Shown one piece after another: positions 27,340 through 42,449 of a stretch of DNA of 64,000 bases; the stretch's first letter is position 1, and every line of letters begins with the position of its first letter. The translations under genes and the position numbers were made by a program. The stretch is from the NCBI GenBank assembly GCA_964016885.1, contig OZ024745.1:40238001-40302000 (forward strand), read 5' to 3'. The notes beneath the pieces were generated by a model. It did not search any database. It had not been told where the DNA came from and saw nothing but the letters and a program-made list of their open reading frames with translations. The stretch is from Eledone cirrhosa (Eukaryota).

Positions 27340-28690
27340 ATATCGTCTATCGCGTGGGATAACAAGGGAAGCGTTCCGGGCTTAGGTCGAGGAGCCTTTT
27401 CGAAAAATATAGTCTACAACATATGCTGTAAAAACTTACCAGCGACCATTCATGGGAGGAGTGGGAAGGACGTAAAAGATTGTCTATCACCAGACAGTAA
27501 AGAGGGCTTGGAAGGGAGAATACCATCATAATTGGAACCTGGAATATCAAGGCCCTAGCAGCAACGAGTGGGGAAGGGTAGATGTTACGGGCTCGATATA
27601 GACGTGGTTTCCTTAACAAGAACCCATGGATCTGGTCCTGTATCTGGTTGTGGCACCTGAAATTACTTCACAGGTATGAGTGTATATCATAAGAAGACCC
27701 CGGCTGTCAGAATGTGTTATGGATTGGAGCCCATTTGGAGGGAGCATGTGCTTCTTGATTCCTAGCCTGAAAGATGGGTCACTGTGGGTGATGAAATGTT
27801 ATGCACAAAACACAGATTCTAAATGCAGATCATTCCTTGATGAAATAATGTGCTGCACTAGATGTAGTTAAGACTGTGATATATATCAAAATGTGAGATG
27901 TCAAGGCACATGTTGGCACTGACTACCTGGCATGGAAAAGTGTAATTGGAAGGAAAGGCTCTACCGATCTAAATACTTAAGGAGTGACTCGCTAGATGTC
28001 TGCTTTAGTAATGGGCTCTCTATTATGGACATCCTGCTACACAAAGACATTCATAGATGTACATGGTAAAATGGAAATAGGGACAGAGATCAATAATTGA
28101 TTTTGCTATAGTCCTGATGTCTTCAATGCCGTACTGGATATTCCGGTCAAGTGAGGGGGTCAGCTGTCAACTGATCACCATCTAGTTATCTACATCTTAA
28201 ACTTATATAACATCAAGGAAGCCCACAAACCTGACATGTACAGGTCAAATTAATGGATGAAGTGGCAGCTTTAGCGGATGAGGAAGTCAAAACAATTATG
28301 CGGATAATTTTCACCCAAATTCCGATACCTACCTCGGCGAAATGAGGACGTTCAAACGTAGTGCAAACAGTTTAAATAGGCTGTTTCCTCCATTACTTTG
28401 AAAAAATGCGAACGAAAGCGGGTTTGGTGATGTACCGAGTGGAATGACACTCCTTTGTTTAACCAAGTGTTACAAACCGAGCAAAGAAGAAGGATTAAAC
28501 GCTTGCCTTGGAAATAAATCCTCCTTCTTGCTAATGATGTACGAGTAGGTGTGAAAGATCGGAGCAGAGTCAGTAAAGGCATTCAAAGGTTCAGGCACGA
28601 GAGGACTTTTGGATTAAGCTGAAATTCGACATCAGATTAGCAAGTGAAAAGTGTTGGTATTCTTCGCTCTTCAGAGAGGTGCACCCTCGG
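27340..28690 (+). mobile_element. Decayed RTE-clade LINE 5' region (APE endonuclease)
   Basis: IIGTWNIKAL (~27526), HKDIHRCTW, SIIDF, GQLSTDHHLV (~28157); heavily frameshifted. Confidence 0.7.
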
Positions 28691-29911
28691 GGAGATGAAG
28701 AAAAAGAGAAATAGAAAAAAAAGAGGAAAAAGAAGAAAAAGAAAAAAAGCGGAAAAAATAAAAAAGGAAGAAAAAGAAAAAGAGGAAAACCAAAACAGTA
28801 AAGAAGAACAAAAAGGAAAAAAGAAAAAAGACAAGAAGAAGAAGAAGAAGAAGAAGAAGAAGAAGAAGAAGAAGAAGAAGAATTTAAAATATGATCCTCA
28901 TGTAACAGTGTTTAAACTATTAAATGAGCTCAACATTCAACCGTTGGCGTTACAAATTCTCTGGAATTACGTTACATTGATATGAGCGGGTAGAAGTTTA
29001 GGAGAGTTCCACGTAACTAACTACATTTCCAATGATTCGGTTGAGTTTCTCATAATCGCACACAGCAGGATGAAAGAGAATCGGTGATCGAAATACAAAA
29101 CTAAAAGCATGCACTAGTAGCTACTGTTAGATACTGTTTGATCCTAAATGTTCACTGCTATAACTATTTACATAGATCCCGTATTAAGTACAATAATAAG
29201 GTATAGAGAAAAATGTCCAACTATTCTTTACGCGGTACAGAGATGCCTCTTGTGATATTATGGTTTCAGAGTCTAAGATATTCATTTGCTTGTACTCGAG
29301 ACTAGCAAGATTGAGATTGATGCTCATTTTTATTACTTGAAAAGTATAAAGCAACACAACGGTCTGAATTATTATTTTGTTAATAATGATACAGATATTT
29401 GTAACAATATATGATGTGGCGTAAACATAGGAGAAATGGGGTATTGCTTTGCCTTCTGAACGGCTGCTTATCAACAAGATCAATTTGTCTCTGAAGCATA
29501 TTACACGCAATGTATTGAGTCTTATTCTACGAAATGAAGGGCGAATTGTACGTGCCTTTGCAAATTTGGATGCATGTGTGTTTGTTTTTGTGTTTGGCTG
29601 TGCGGGTATATATGTGTCCGTTGTATAGCAGTAGCATCGTCCCAGGTATGGATATATAATATATTATTTACTGTAACTATTAATTCGTAGCAAGGCAGCA
29701 ACGGTTAAATGATAAATTGTTTTCTAAACGTGAAGCAGTAACTTCGAGTTGAGACATTTTAATTATGTTATATAATTAACATTGTCAAGGTAGTGTGAAA
29801 TCTATAATTAATGCCGTTGTGGTCTGTCTGTGTTGTCCAAACCAACAAAGATGATGCACATGTTTCTTTGTTTCTTTTTTTTTTTCTTAGTAAAAGAATT
29901 ATGTATTTTAC

Positions 29912-30141
29912 CTGTTGAATAATACATAATTCCAGTCCCCTGTACACTAACGAAATTTTCAGTGGACACGTAAACTGTGTTATTTCTGTTTCTGCTTGAG
30001 AATAAATTGACATAATGACAACAGCCGATAGAAATTTAACGCGTAGGAGGAGTAATGTTAACTGCGTAACCGAAATGTGTGATGCGTCAGAGTTGATATC
30101 GTGTAGATTTCGGGAGGCATTAACACGCACACTGTATACGC
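29912..30141 (-). pseudogene. Candidate exon of a decayed PKD-repeat (polycystin-1-like) host gene
   Basis: Polypyrimidine-CAG acceptor and CAG|GTAAAA donor bracket an open 230-nt frame starting GVYSVRVNAS, resembling PKD G.Y.V.VNASN. Confidence 0.3.
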
Positions 30142-33100
30142 CTGGGAAGGCTAAACACAACAAAATATAGGCATAATCGAGTGACTTATTTAAGAGACTC
30201 TCATAACAGAAAATGTGGAGGAGTATATGAAGCCCCCATAAATCTCTTTTTACCGAATACGTATTGTGTTTAACTGAATACTACGTGGGTTTGAAAGGTT
30301 TAAAAGGGTTAATAATTAAATAAATTTCAATAATTTCAGTAAATTTGAAATATTGATACTAATGTAGAGAAACCTGTTGGAATGTAACTAGAAACGAGAG
30401 ATCGATTTGCAAGAAAACGGAAACAATGTAGAAAGGAAAGGATTTAATTGGTTTGTGCTGATAATGATAAGCATTATTGGGCGATTTTTCAGGATAAGGA
30501 ACGGGACTTTATCAGAATCTGTCTTCTTATTTGCTAGAAACTCCTAAGGCCTTTTCTATTGTTGGCAATTCACGTGTACATGATGGAGAGCAAAGCAATA
30601 TAATATATATTAGGGTCGACATCCTCAAATGTTCAATAACATTTTCGGTAGAGATTAAGCAATTCTGCCCGCTATTTTTAATTTACATGGGACTGTCAAT
30701 ATTTTACCCCACATCTATGTAATTATTAGAAAATATACTTGAAACGTTTAAGTATCTTTCATATCTTCATATTTTCTCCGGAAAGACTGCATCACTTGTT
30801 TTACATTTCGATGGTCATTTATCTCATATTAACGCTATATATTCTACTTTATTTTCAAATGTGTACTAAAGAAAATGTTATCATTTTCTAGGTACATTAA
30901 AGTAAATTTCTGCCTTCATTCCAAGTATAATCTTGAATAATGACCCAACTCGTTTTATGAGTATAATAACACAATGCGTTAGATTGTATCTGAAGGGTGT
31001 CATAATCAGTCACAGTACTTTAAGAGAAATATCTTTCAAATCTATTTCCGTTTTCGGCCATTAAGTATTTTCACCCAAATGTTAATTGAATAAATAAGTT
31101 TCATAAATTTGCAAGAACAGATTTTACACTACTAACGTTCACTCGAATAATTTTCCAAGAATAACATTTCTTTTCTGTTCTTATACGATCTCAAAAGATA
31201 AGTAAACTCTTATATCATTGTCAGTAATTTACTAAATTATCTAAATTTATCCCTGGACAATTTCTCGCGTCTTTCATTTTATCTTGGACATATTACATTT
31301 ATAAATGCCAAATTCTACTTACAAACATTTAAATATTTAATATTATGTGTTTTGAATACTAGTACACTTCTTCAGTAAAAAACGAATTCTTTATTCGGTC
31401 AATATAAAAAATAGGTTAAAAGGCGAACCAACATAATCATTTTTCTCACGGTTCCATCTCTTTGAGTTCTGAGTTCAAATCCTTCGAATGTTATTTTGCT
31501 GTCATGATTTGGGGGTCGACAAATAAAGTTCAAGACATTGAATTTCCAGAATTTGTAGAATGATGTTTTATTTCATTCCTATGTTTATGATATAGCTTAT
31601 ACTGCTAAGTCACTGATGAGGATCTTTGTCGTTTTTTGCCTTATCGATGGACAATATTGGTAGAAAATAAATATCTGCATGCATAGAAAGCCACTGGTTT
31701 TCCACAAAATAAAAATGGTTTGTTGAGAACTGCGACAGGAAAAGTAATTTCCAGATTCACATCTATTTTGTTACTAGATATACGGTAGTTCCTGGAAAAA
31801 CACGATTAGATATAAAGGGCACATCACGTGACATCGTTCTATTTTTTCGGACTCCAATGTATTCATACTACTTTTAATAATTAGATAATATAATATAATA
31901 TTGGCTAAATTCAATATTATTTTTATCATTAACACATGGATATTGATTACTTTAGTTTGTTTGAGCTTTGTCCTAATAAGGCGAATGTCATGGGTTCAAT
32001 TCCAATATGAGTCGGCTTGTCATTTCCATATAGCCGGTGAATTACCATAACCCTCAGAGCATTGGACGAAATGCACTGAATTGTTTATTTTACCTCTTTA
32101 CTTTCAGGGTTCATACTTCACCAAGGCCAATTGTTTCTTCCTACATTCCTTACAGGGCCTATAACTTAATGTATTGTGGTTGATTAACTTGACATTCCTT
32201 CGGAATGTCATGTTCCTCTGCCTACATTTCAGATAATTGTTACGAGGGAGCAATCATCAATTTTAATGGTGATCATTCAATTGTTCAATAGGTTGAACAT
32301 CCGACTCATTAAATTAACATATAAGTGATTGAGTATTTTCTGATATGTGTAACATTATCGTATTTCCAAAGCGAAAACAGGTTTAATAATTACATTTGAG
32401 GTAAATTCCAACTAACATAACCGAAAAAGACTTCCCTCTATCCAAGTTATATTGTAAGCTTCACGATCATAAAGTCTCCCATTCGATTACACAGTTTAGA
32501 ATATTCAGCAAATTTGTTTTCGTGAATATTACTATAATGTTTAATACAAATGTATGAACATAATTACGAGTTTCTTTCATAATCATATGAAATTGATTAT
32601 AAAAATAATGCACGTTTAATGATGAAATCTGATTCTACATTGAACATTCAGCCTTTCGATCAAGTGAGGGATTAAGTGAGAAATGACTTATTGCGTAAAC
32701 GTGTGTAGCATTTCGATTATGATCAAGTATCAGCGTCACATAATATTTCAAAGCCGCATCTTTGTACTACAGGAACAGTTGTTCTGATGGGCAGCTATGC
32801 AGTTTCTGTATCCATAGCTTACGCTCGCAGTGCTTGCGAGGTTATGGCAAATACATTTTCATAAAGCACATTTTAACCACTCAACCATGCGCGCCCCGAT
32901 CTAGAATATCAGCAAAATCAATAGAAGACCCAAAAGCAAAACATATAATGAACCCTTATATTATCGGCTGGGCATAGTGTTTAGTCAAGTTAGTGTATGG
33001 GATATACGAACAGTTAAATCATATGTGATGTGTCAATATTGATCAATCTTTTATAGCATTAGTTGTAGGTTGTATAGCATGTATACTGTTAGATGCAGCA

Positions 33101-33826
33101 AAGTCGAATAGTTAAGGTGTTTGCATCAAGATAGTTAGATACATGTATTGATCCAACTGTTTGGGATTTTGAGCGAGTATATCGAGACAATAGTAAATAT
33201 TATGTCTTCTTGTCAAACAATGTCTTGTGAGTGAAGTAGGTTGGCGGAAAATTATTGGATTACGGTCGGATGGAGTTTGTCAGTAATCCAAAGGGCCAGA
33301 ATTATCAAACATTATCAAGGACGAATATCCGTTCGAGTTAAGTTAAGAATATATCTATAAAGGGAATTCTGAACCACTTACATGATACTTTCACAAGCAT
33401 ACTTTTGAGTTAATCTAACATTGAAACACATATCGTACGAACTCACGGAGATCCATTTAAGCTTACATAATATACAGATTTTTAGATATCATTTACAGTG
33501 TTGTGCGGTACATATATATGATGCGGTTTGCTGTTTGACCCTGAATTGGAATATATTATTCCGTATGGACTATACATGGATACGTTTCTTGTCATGTTGT
33601 GGAGTACTTAGATAATGATGTATAGGGTTTATATGATGTTATATGAATTTGTTGAGATCGGGAAGAAAACTTGACGAATGGATTGATGTTTTATCCCCGA
33701 GTGTCGATTCTGTTTTGTTTATAACATTGATATTATTACTATCGTTAATAACAATATTGTTATTGTAGTGGTTGCTGTTGTTTGTTATTATTTATTATCA
33801 TTTTTCATCATTATTATTATTAGTAG

Positions 33827-33900
33827 TACGATACAATAAAGTACCAGTAAACTACTGGGTAATTTGGTGGCCTTGTGCCAAAAGTAGAAACAATTATTAT
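33827..33900 (+). mobile_element. MetaSINE-like 3' fragment; more decayed SINE relics at ~31450-31530, 31950-32240 and 34840-34895
   Basis: Core end plus tail match. Confidence 0.75.
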
Positions 33901-33906
33901 TAGTGG

Positions 33907-33940
<34 letters not shown>

Positions 33941-33957
33941 CACGCATACACATACAC

Positions 33958-34020
<63 letters not shown>

Positions 34021-34309
34021 AAAGGGCTCAGGATCTCTTCTCCTTTGAGCACATTATTTACAGGGAATAACGACGGCCTCTGCCTCCGTTAATTTATCGT
34101 TATATTTCGCTCCTAATAACAGTCTTTCCTGTCTCTGTTTGGTTGAGCACACTTCTCTGAGTGGCTTTGGGCTGCCCTTTCTAGCAGTTCGTCTTTCAGA
34201 GGCCACTGGTTCACTGCCCCTAAATGCGCTGTGACTTCTCTCTCCCACGTGTAACTGGACAGTCAATTGTAAAATTCTCTTAGTGTTGTCTGAAATGTAT
34301 GGCCTTACA

Positions 34310-34426
<117 letters not shown>

Positions 34427-34722
34427 TATGGATGAGTGTGTCAGTGTGGATGTGTGTGTATGAATATGTAAAAGTTGTATATCGAATGATATACGATATG
34501 TTTCCGAATAAACAATTGAAAGCCTTTAGGTATGATTTTTTTTTTAATTGGTTGCAGTGTGCCACGTAGTGAGTTCCAGAGTAAGCAAGTGGAAAACCGA
34601 CATCTGTTTCCGATATTAAGGCAATGGACCCTTCTACCGTATTCGTACATATATCGTATATTATTCAATATGTAAAATATACATACTCGTATGAATTCAG
34701 TTATGTTGGAGCTAGTAAATTA

Positions 34723-34796
<74 letters not shown>

Positions 34797-34925
34797 GCGA
34801 ACCAACATAATCATTTTTCGCTCGATTTAAACTTCTCACGGTTCCATCTCTTTGAGTTCTGAGTTCAAATCCTTTGAATGTTATTTTGCTGTCATCATAT
34901 ATAAATATATATATATATATATAAT

Positions 34926-35064
34926 TATATAAATCAACAAAGAAGCCTTTAATACATTAAAAATCTTTATTAGCTGACAATGTTTCGTCCCAATTACTGG
35001 GACGAAACCTTGTCAGCGAATAAAGATTTTTAATGTATTAAAGGCTTCTTTGTTGATTTATATA
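34926..35064. repeat. 139-bp palindrome (67-bp arms, 5-nt loop, 2 mismatches)
   Basis: 34926-34992 is the reverse complement of 34998-35064; centre GTCCCA-ATTAC-TGGGAC followed by GAAAC. Confidence 0.95.
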
Positions 35065-35164
35065 TTTTTTTCGGCTCTGTTTGATAACATTGAGCTATCT
35101 CTTGTACTGTCATTTCTCTAATGCGACGAGTGTGTTTGACTCTAATGCACTCAAGTGTTTTCAT

Positions 35165-35239
<75 letters not shown>

Positions 35240-35788
35240 GAGTTGGAGTTCCGACGGCTGCTGACGGCTGAGCCTTTTTGTCGTTTCGAGAGTAAATCCC
35301 AGACTGGGAGTAAATCAATCTGCTGTAAATAAGCCGTTCCATCTGCGGCGTTGCTTAAGGGGATTAACGTGTCGATAAGTGGATAAGCGTGCAACAAAAT
35401 GATAGCGGCTCTTTGAAGTCCATTAATGTAACTTCTAGAATCAATTGTTTATATGTTCAGGGATTGGCTGCGTGTGTGTGCATGTGTGTGTGTGGGGGGG
35501 GGGGGGGGGGGAGGGGGTATCTGTGCGTGTGGATGATTTATTGTCTATGTATATACGGGTTTGAATTATTGTAGTATTGGAATCGGGAAGAAACTCTGCC
35601 AGTTTTAGAATTGTCAAGGCGCGCAAAATGTGTCACCTCGAGTTGTATGTTAATAGGCGTTGTGTCGCCATCGGTGTGTTGGAGATGCTAGACTAGCACA
35701 GGCGCCAGACAAGATGCACGCGCACACACAAATGTAAACCCACACAATCAACACTCATATTCTTATCGACAAAAATGCCTGTTATTAT

Positions 35789-35975
35789 TGGATTGGCAGT
35801 ATCGATAGAGGGCCTGACGCTATGCTGTGCAGCAACGAGTTATATCCCTTTATGATCTGAGTTCAAATCCCGCCGAGGTTAACTTTCCTTTCATCCTTAT
35901 GCGGTCGATAAAATAAAGCACCAGTAATACACTGGGATAATTGCTGGCCTTGTGCCAAAAGTAGAAACAATTATT
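35789..35975 (+). mobile_element. MetaSINE-like SINE
   Basis: Full copy. Confidence 0.88.
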
Positions 35976-37459
35976 AGTTATATTAAATATTCACTGACCG
36001 GGTTGTCGGTATCTTCATTTCTGTTGTTGTTTTGAGGCTGTGTGGTTGTTACTATTATGTTTCTTGTATTTGGTTTAAGTTGTGGACGTGAAAGTTATGC
36101 TAAAACATTCTTCAGCTTTGGTACGTTTGGATATAAGATTGCGTGTGCATATGTTAGGTTGCTTGTAAGTGGGTGTTATTGGTATTGTTATGTTCTACAG
36201 TGATTCTAATGTGTAAAATGTTCTAAACAGTAAGCAAATTTATGAAAACAGATTAGGTATGCAGGTATGTATTGAAGTGTGCGGGTGAGTGTGGTTATTT
36301 TGGTAAGGATTGCTGTGTGGTTTATGTGTACTTGATGTGTACTTGCAGCCCCGGTGTTGACATACGTGCGGACCGGAATATTGTGTGTGCGTATGTATAT
36401 GGCATTGTATATGCATGTGTGCAAGTGTGTATGTGTATGAGAAAGAGTGTAGTGTTGAAATGTTGTATTGTCTGAATTTATGTTTTCGGTGTGTACATTT
36501 GTGCGACGCGGAGAGGCACCTAGGTATGGTGGTTATTGCGTTTAATGGTGTACTCATGTGAGAGTTGTTGTGCAGCAGTTAGATTGGTGTTGTTTTACCA
36601 GTCTATTTGAGGGTGAAAAGTATAGGTTTGGTGTTTAGTGTGCTGATTGAGTTTAATTGGAGTGTAAGTGGCTACGTATGTACGTGCAAAAATAAATGTA
36701 TTTCTTTATTTGTGTGTAATATAATTCTTCATTGATCTCTATTGCTTGCATTTTGTTTTCGATTACTTTTGACTAATATATACATATTGGGATTATTTGA
36801 AATTCTCATTTAGTGATCTCCGTGGATATATCTACGATAATGTGTATATTACTTTCGAAAATCGGATAAAATTAACATCGGCTAAGAAAAAAGCAGGCTG
36901 AGTCAATTTAAGGATACTGGATCAGTGCATTAACTACAACGCATTTTAGAAGCCGACAGAAGAAGCCGTTGTGAACATCGGGTTAATTCAGTGTAACGAG
37001 TATCACAGAAACCTCTGCCCAATCTTTTAGTCTAAAGCGGCAACTTACCCGGTTTGATTTTAAATATTGAACACATACACACGCACAAACACGCACACAC
37101 ATACTCACACACATATAAAATGAAGAATAAATATGTACGTTGGAAATTGACAGCCCTTTATTAATTATGTCATTGATGTTATACGTTTTTCGATGGTAAC
37201 TATTATGTAATAGATTTGGCATCATTACACAGCTAATGTGTAAGTGATACTGCCAACTGATCGCTACAGGAGCAATATCAAAACAATCGCCCTGGTATTA
37301 TTGCAGTAATTTGAAATATCGAACCACAGGATGTAACCACATATCCGAATGTTTCTGTAATGAAAATTTCTTGGTTAACAAAATTATGAAAAATATTATT
37401 CATTGAAAAATCTAATAACCTGCATTAAAATTAACACACCACAATATATATATATATAA

Positions 37460-38558
37460 TTGACTTTGGCTGTCAATTTTATTGATTTCCAGAAGGCATT
37501 CGACAGTGTACATTGGGAGTCGCTGTGGAATGTTGCGCAACTGTACGGCATTCCTGCAAGATTCATCGCCATTTTCAAGACTGTATGAAAACTCCAGCTG
37601 CTGCGTGCGGACTGAGTCCGGTGTTACGTAGTTCTTTGACATTGTCTCCGGAGTCAGACAGGAATGCATCTCTCTCCACTGTTGTTCCTGCTGGCAGCCG
37701 ATTTCGTACTAATGGGAATGGATGAAGGACCCGGTAAAGGAATCACATGGAGAGGGCAGTCGAGGCTGAGGGACCTGGCATTCGCCGACGACATCGCTTT
37801 GATCGCTGAAAACAGTGCAGATCTGCAGTCCCTAACAATATCCCTACAAGAGAGTGCGGAAAAGATCGGCCTGAGAATTAACACCAAAAAGACCAAGGTC
37901 ATGAGAACGGCCAGCAACACAGGCCCAGTGATCAGAGTCAACCAACAGAACCTCGAGGAAGTCGATCACTTCACCTATCTGGGCAGCATCCTGACAAGTA
38001 GCGGTGACGCGGAGCTCCACATCAGCTGTCAGATCGGCAAAGAAGCCGCAGTTTTCCAGCGGCTGTGCCCAGTCTGGTCGTATTCATGCATTAGCACCAA
38101 TACCAAGCTCCACCTCGTGCTACCGACAGTGCTTTATGTGAGCGTAACCTGGAAGAGTACGGCAAAAATTGTGAGACGGCTGAACACTTTCCTCCGGCGG
38201 TGCCTGCGAAAGATCCTTCGTGTGTCCTGGCGCGACCGAATGCGAAACGAGGAAACCCTGCGGAGAGCCGAGTCGTGGACGCTACAGAGAGTGGTCACAG
38301 AGCATTGGTGCCGTCAGGCTGGCCATATTCTGCGTCTGCCAAATGAACGGTATTCGAAAACAGCGATAAACTGGACTCCGCCTAGCGGTAAACGGAGGCG
38401 GGGTTGCCCAAGGATCACCTGGCGACGAAAGTTCCGGAGGGACCTGATGGCAGCCAACATCACCTGGCACGGTCTCGAAAATGTTGGCGCTGATCGTGAC
38501 CGTTGGCAACTACTTAATGCGCGATGCGCCGAACGGCGCGGAAGAATCTAAGGTTAAG
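37460..38558 (+). mobile_element. 5'-truncated RTE-clade LINE (RT pseudogene)
   Basis: FIDFQKAFDSV, GVRQ, LAFADD, GLRINTKKTKVM, FTYLGS, GHILR, GKRRRG.PR.TWR; ends TAAGGTTAAG; flanked by (TA)n; stops at the 5' end. Confidence 0.93.
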
Positions 38559-40726
38559 ATATATATATATATATATATATATAAACAATGTATGTTGCAC
38601 AAAGTAAAGGAGAAACGAACAAGGAACATATATGATGTCAGATTACATCGCAAATGTCAGCCGTCAGAGCGAAATAATTGTCTGATTCATTCAGCACATC
38701 TATGGCTGTAAGTGTGTTTCTATGTGTCTACGTGTATGTATGCATACTAGTAAGTATTTATATAGTGCATATTCACTAAAATTCAATAATATCAACAATG
38801 TTTTATTATTGCATCAATAATTCAAAACTCTCGACAATTTTCCCGGCATGTATTTGTATGAAATTATATTACAACCTTAATTATTGACGAAACACTTTTC
38901 ACCGTATTCATTCTCCGATTAATTTAATCTTCCGTTCAAAATCAATCCCAAACCATTATTATTATCATTGTTGTTGTTGTTCATATTTTCCTGGCTTTCG
39001 GCATAACCTGTAATATAATATTTCACAAATATTACAATTATTAAATAAAACCTATGGAAATTTATTTAATTTCAGCACTGTCCCTTTGTTTCCTTTTTTT
39101 TTGTTTTCTTTTCATTTTCACTATCCTGTAAATTAAAAAAAAATAACTAACCGAAATTATTTTATACATGTGAATTCTATAATCCGTTCTGAATGTTTAT
39201 TACTTAGAAACATTCTAGTCATACGACTTATTCAATTATTTCGAATTTCGATTCATATACAATCATTATGACCGTTGGGCGTATTAAAATATTGAATTGA
39301 ATTTTGGAAATAATAATATCATTTCAGTGACATATTTCGTCATTAGATTTAATGTCCTGCTAATGATGTTTGCTTATGAAATAGAAGGCTGTAAATTTAT
39401 AATTGATGTCTGTGAATAGTATTTAGTTATGTATTTTCATATGGAAGCTTAAATAGTTATTTCAGAGAAAGGCACTATGTATATGTAATGAGTTGCAGCA
39501 CCAAGTACTGCATTTATACCAGATGTGCCTCAAAGCAGAAATACACTGAATGTAACATTGTAAATGTCCAAGCTATTGGCAGCTGTTAAACTACATGAGC
39601 ATTTGTTTAAATCTTTAAACAAACGATTATTTTGTGAGAAAATTAAATCTTTTGTTACGATGACATCATTATTCTCAGAAAACTGGAAGATAGCTCGTTT
39701 AGGGGCTAATGTTTTAGGGAAGAACACAACGTATCCATCTACGTGGGTTGATAATAAAATACCAGAGAATATGACAAGAATCCTAATTATAATGCAAATG
39801 CAAGGAATACTTCAGAAAATAACAGAACGAAATGTATATAAACATTCATAGCATAGCATGCAGATGTTGGTTTCGATTATTCAAACTATGTTTACCGAAG
39901 TATTTTAAACAATCTATTAAAGACCGATGTTGAAAATATCATTAAATTGATGGTCATATGTATTATATTCTTGAAGACTCATCCCCATGTCAATTGGTTC
40001 CACTGACATTCATTAAATCCAGAATGTTAATGTATATGTATATGTGTGCGTATGTTTGAATATCCGTCTTTTGGGTTCAGTTGTATTTATCTAATTTAAC
40101 ATAGACATAAGAGTCAGTATATCTAAACGTTATTTCAATCGAAGTCGTTCAGTAGATAAAAAATCGCATTCTTTGTTGATATTGCCACACAATCAATGTT
40201 ATAATGCTGCGTACAATATTATCATATTGATTACAATAAGCACATTAATTAGCCAGATGATGATAAAATATTTTACTTACATCCCTTATATACTTAATTC
40301 AAATCCTATCGAGATTTACTTCACTTCCTTCTTCCGATATCATGTAAGCAACAATGGGTCTACAGTTCCACAAAATATTTATCCTTGGGTGATTAACATT
40401 GTAATAATAAGTGAAATTTTCATTATTTTATATGACATATTACATCATTTTATATGGCATATTACATCATCTTTCACGCCTATTTTCTTACTCATTGCAG
40501 TAAACTTCGGACCTGCTCGATCAAAGGGGAAACCTGTTTATTACATTTAATTGTGGCTTGGCATTCAACATATGTGTGCACCATTACAATTAGCTCTAGT
40601 TGACTAGCTGAGATGCAGTTGTATAACATTTCATCATACAATTAATGAGTCTACATGTAAATGACTATTGTCCAAAATGATAGACGGTGGAATTGAACAA
40701 ATATTTATAAAATTGCAGTACATATA

Positions 40727-40916
40727 ATAATTGTTTCTACTTTGAGACACAAGGCCAGCACTTACCCCAGTGTATTACTGGTATTTTATCTTACCGACCC
40801 CGTAAGGAGGAAAGGCAAAGCTAACCTCCGTGGGATTTGAACTCAGACCGTAAAGTGACGTAACTCTATGCTACAAAGCATGGCGTCCGTCCCTCTAACG
40901 ATACTGCCAATCCACC
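40727..40916 (-). mobile_element. MetaSINE-like SINE
   Basis: Reverse full copy. Confidence 0.88.
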
Positions 40917-41999
40917 AATAATGCTAATTCTTATGCCTCAGTTGTCAAAATATTTTGAATGTTACTCTTTATTATAAAGTGTCAGAATAATTAGAACATG
41001 GAATACTCCAGGAATTGCTCTGTAACTTTGGGCTCTGAGATCAAATTTACATAGAATTTGTCTTTCAACATTTTGTTACCTCAAAATAAAATAAGAATTC
41101 AAAGGCAATGATTTGGTGGAATTCATCCTGCGTAAGATGTGATTATTCGCGAGTTCGGGTTCTGTACTACCACTTGTCACAGGTTACATGATCATAATTC
41201 TACCCTGAGTTGCAGCCGTTAGATATTATCAATTTAGACACAGTTTTCCTTGGTTCGATCTGACTAGCGATAATTTACCTTAGTTTTTTAATGAATGTTT
41301 TGACGAGCTGAAAAACATTACAGGAAAGTATTTAATTCTGGGACCAGAATAAAGTAATATGGTTCTTTTCCCTTCTGGTTTGACTCTTAAATTCGATCAC
41401 TAAAGGAATACAGTCTATAAAGAATCCAGTCAAAATATGTCCAAAATTCCTCTGAAGCGTATATACGCAAGCATTTATTTGCTATTTCATCTAACGAATA
41501 TGCATGCTGGTCTCTCTGTCTCTCACTGGATCTACATAATTATGTATATATTTGTTTTGGCGAGCGCTCAATGGATACGAAGATACCAGAGCAATAAACA
41601 TAAGTTAAAAGGCGATACAAAACTGAGACGATGGTTAAGAAGCCGTAAATCACCTAAGCCAAACAATCGAGCAAGCTAAGTGGGTCACACAAAATAAGAT
41701 ACGATTGAAATATTTACCCGGACCTTCGGAAATGATGGTAAAATCCGATATAAGGTTTCTGCGACACCTAAATCAATAATACTGTCTGCTTAAAAATAAT
41801 AACAAGCTTTCGTATCGAACAAGGATATCACTTTCTCAACAGGTATTTTGTTCTGCGCGAGGATCTCAGAGTGTTTTGAAATATATATATAGGGAAAACA
41901 GATGAAATCGAAAATGCAACTGGAGTCTTTTTTCCTTATACTTTTCTCGTGTAGGACACGTCGGTTATTAATTATTTTGTAAAAACAACGTCACTTTCT

Positions 42000-42051
<52 letters not shown>

Positions 42052-42073
42052 TATATATACATATATATATATA

Positions 42074-42173
<100 letters not shown>

Positions 42174-42252
42174 TGTGTGTGTGTGTGTGTGTGTGAGAGT
42201 GTATGTGTCATATTTAGTAAGATACTCAACACATTACTAAAATGTAAACATC

Positions 42253-42384
42253 ATGTTTAATTTAGAATTGGCTTTTTACACGATTAGAACTGTTTCATTC
42301 AAAAGAAATCACCAGGAAAGCCCTGATGATTGGTTTATGATGAAACAGCTTTAGTACTGTAGAAGCAATTTCTATATTAAACAT
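42253..42384. repeat. Old imperfect inverted repeat containing a degenerate HHR core
   Basis: ~63-bp arms around AAAGC, roughly three quarters matching by eye; the right arm reads CTGATGA..GAAACAG. Confidence 0.6.
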
Positions 42385-42449
42385 ATTGATATATTGATTT
42401 AAAACTGCACTATTTACAAGTGTTTTTTAACCTTCATATCATGTCTCCC

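Noticed and set aside
31610-31650. CTGATGAG as a hammerhead core (similar cases at ~12897 and ~51131)
   Set aside because: No helix II plus GAAA at suitable spacing and no helix I pairing.
32900-33620. Possible very old LINE RT remnant on the minus strand
   Set aside because: Only faint motif hints; too decayed to call.
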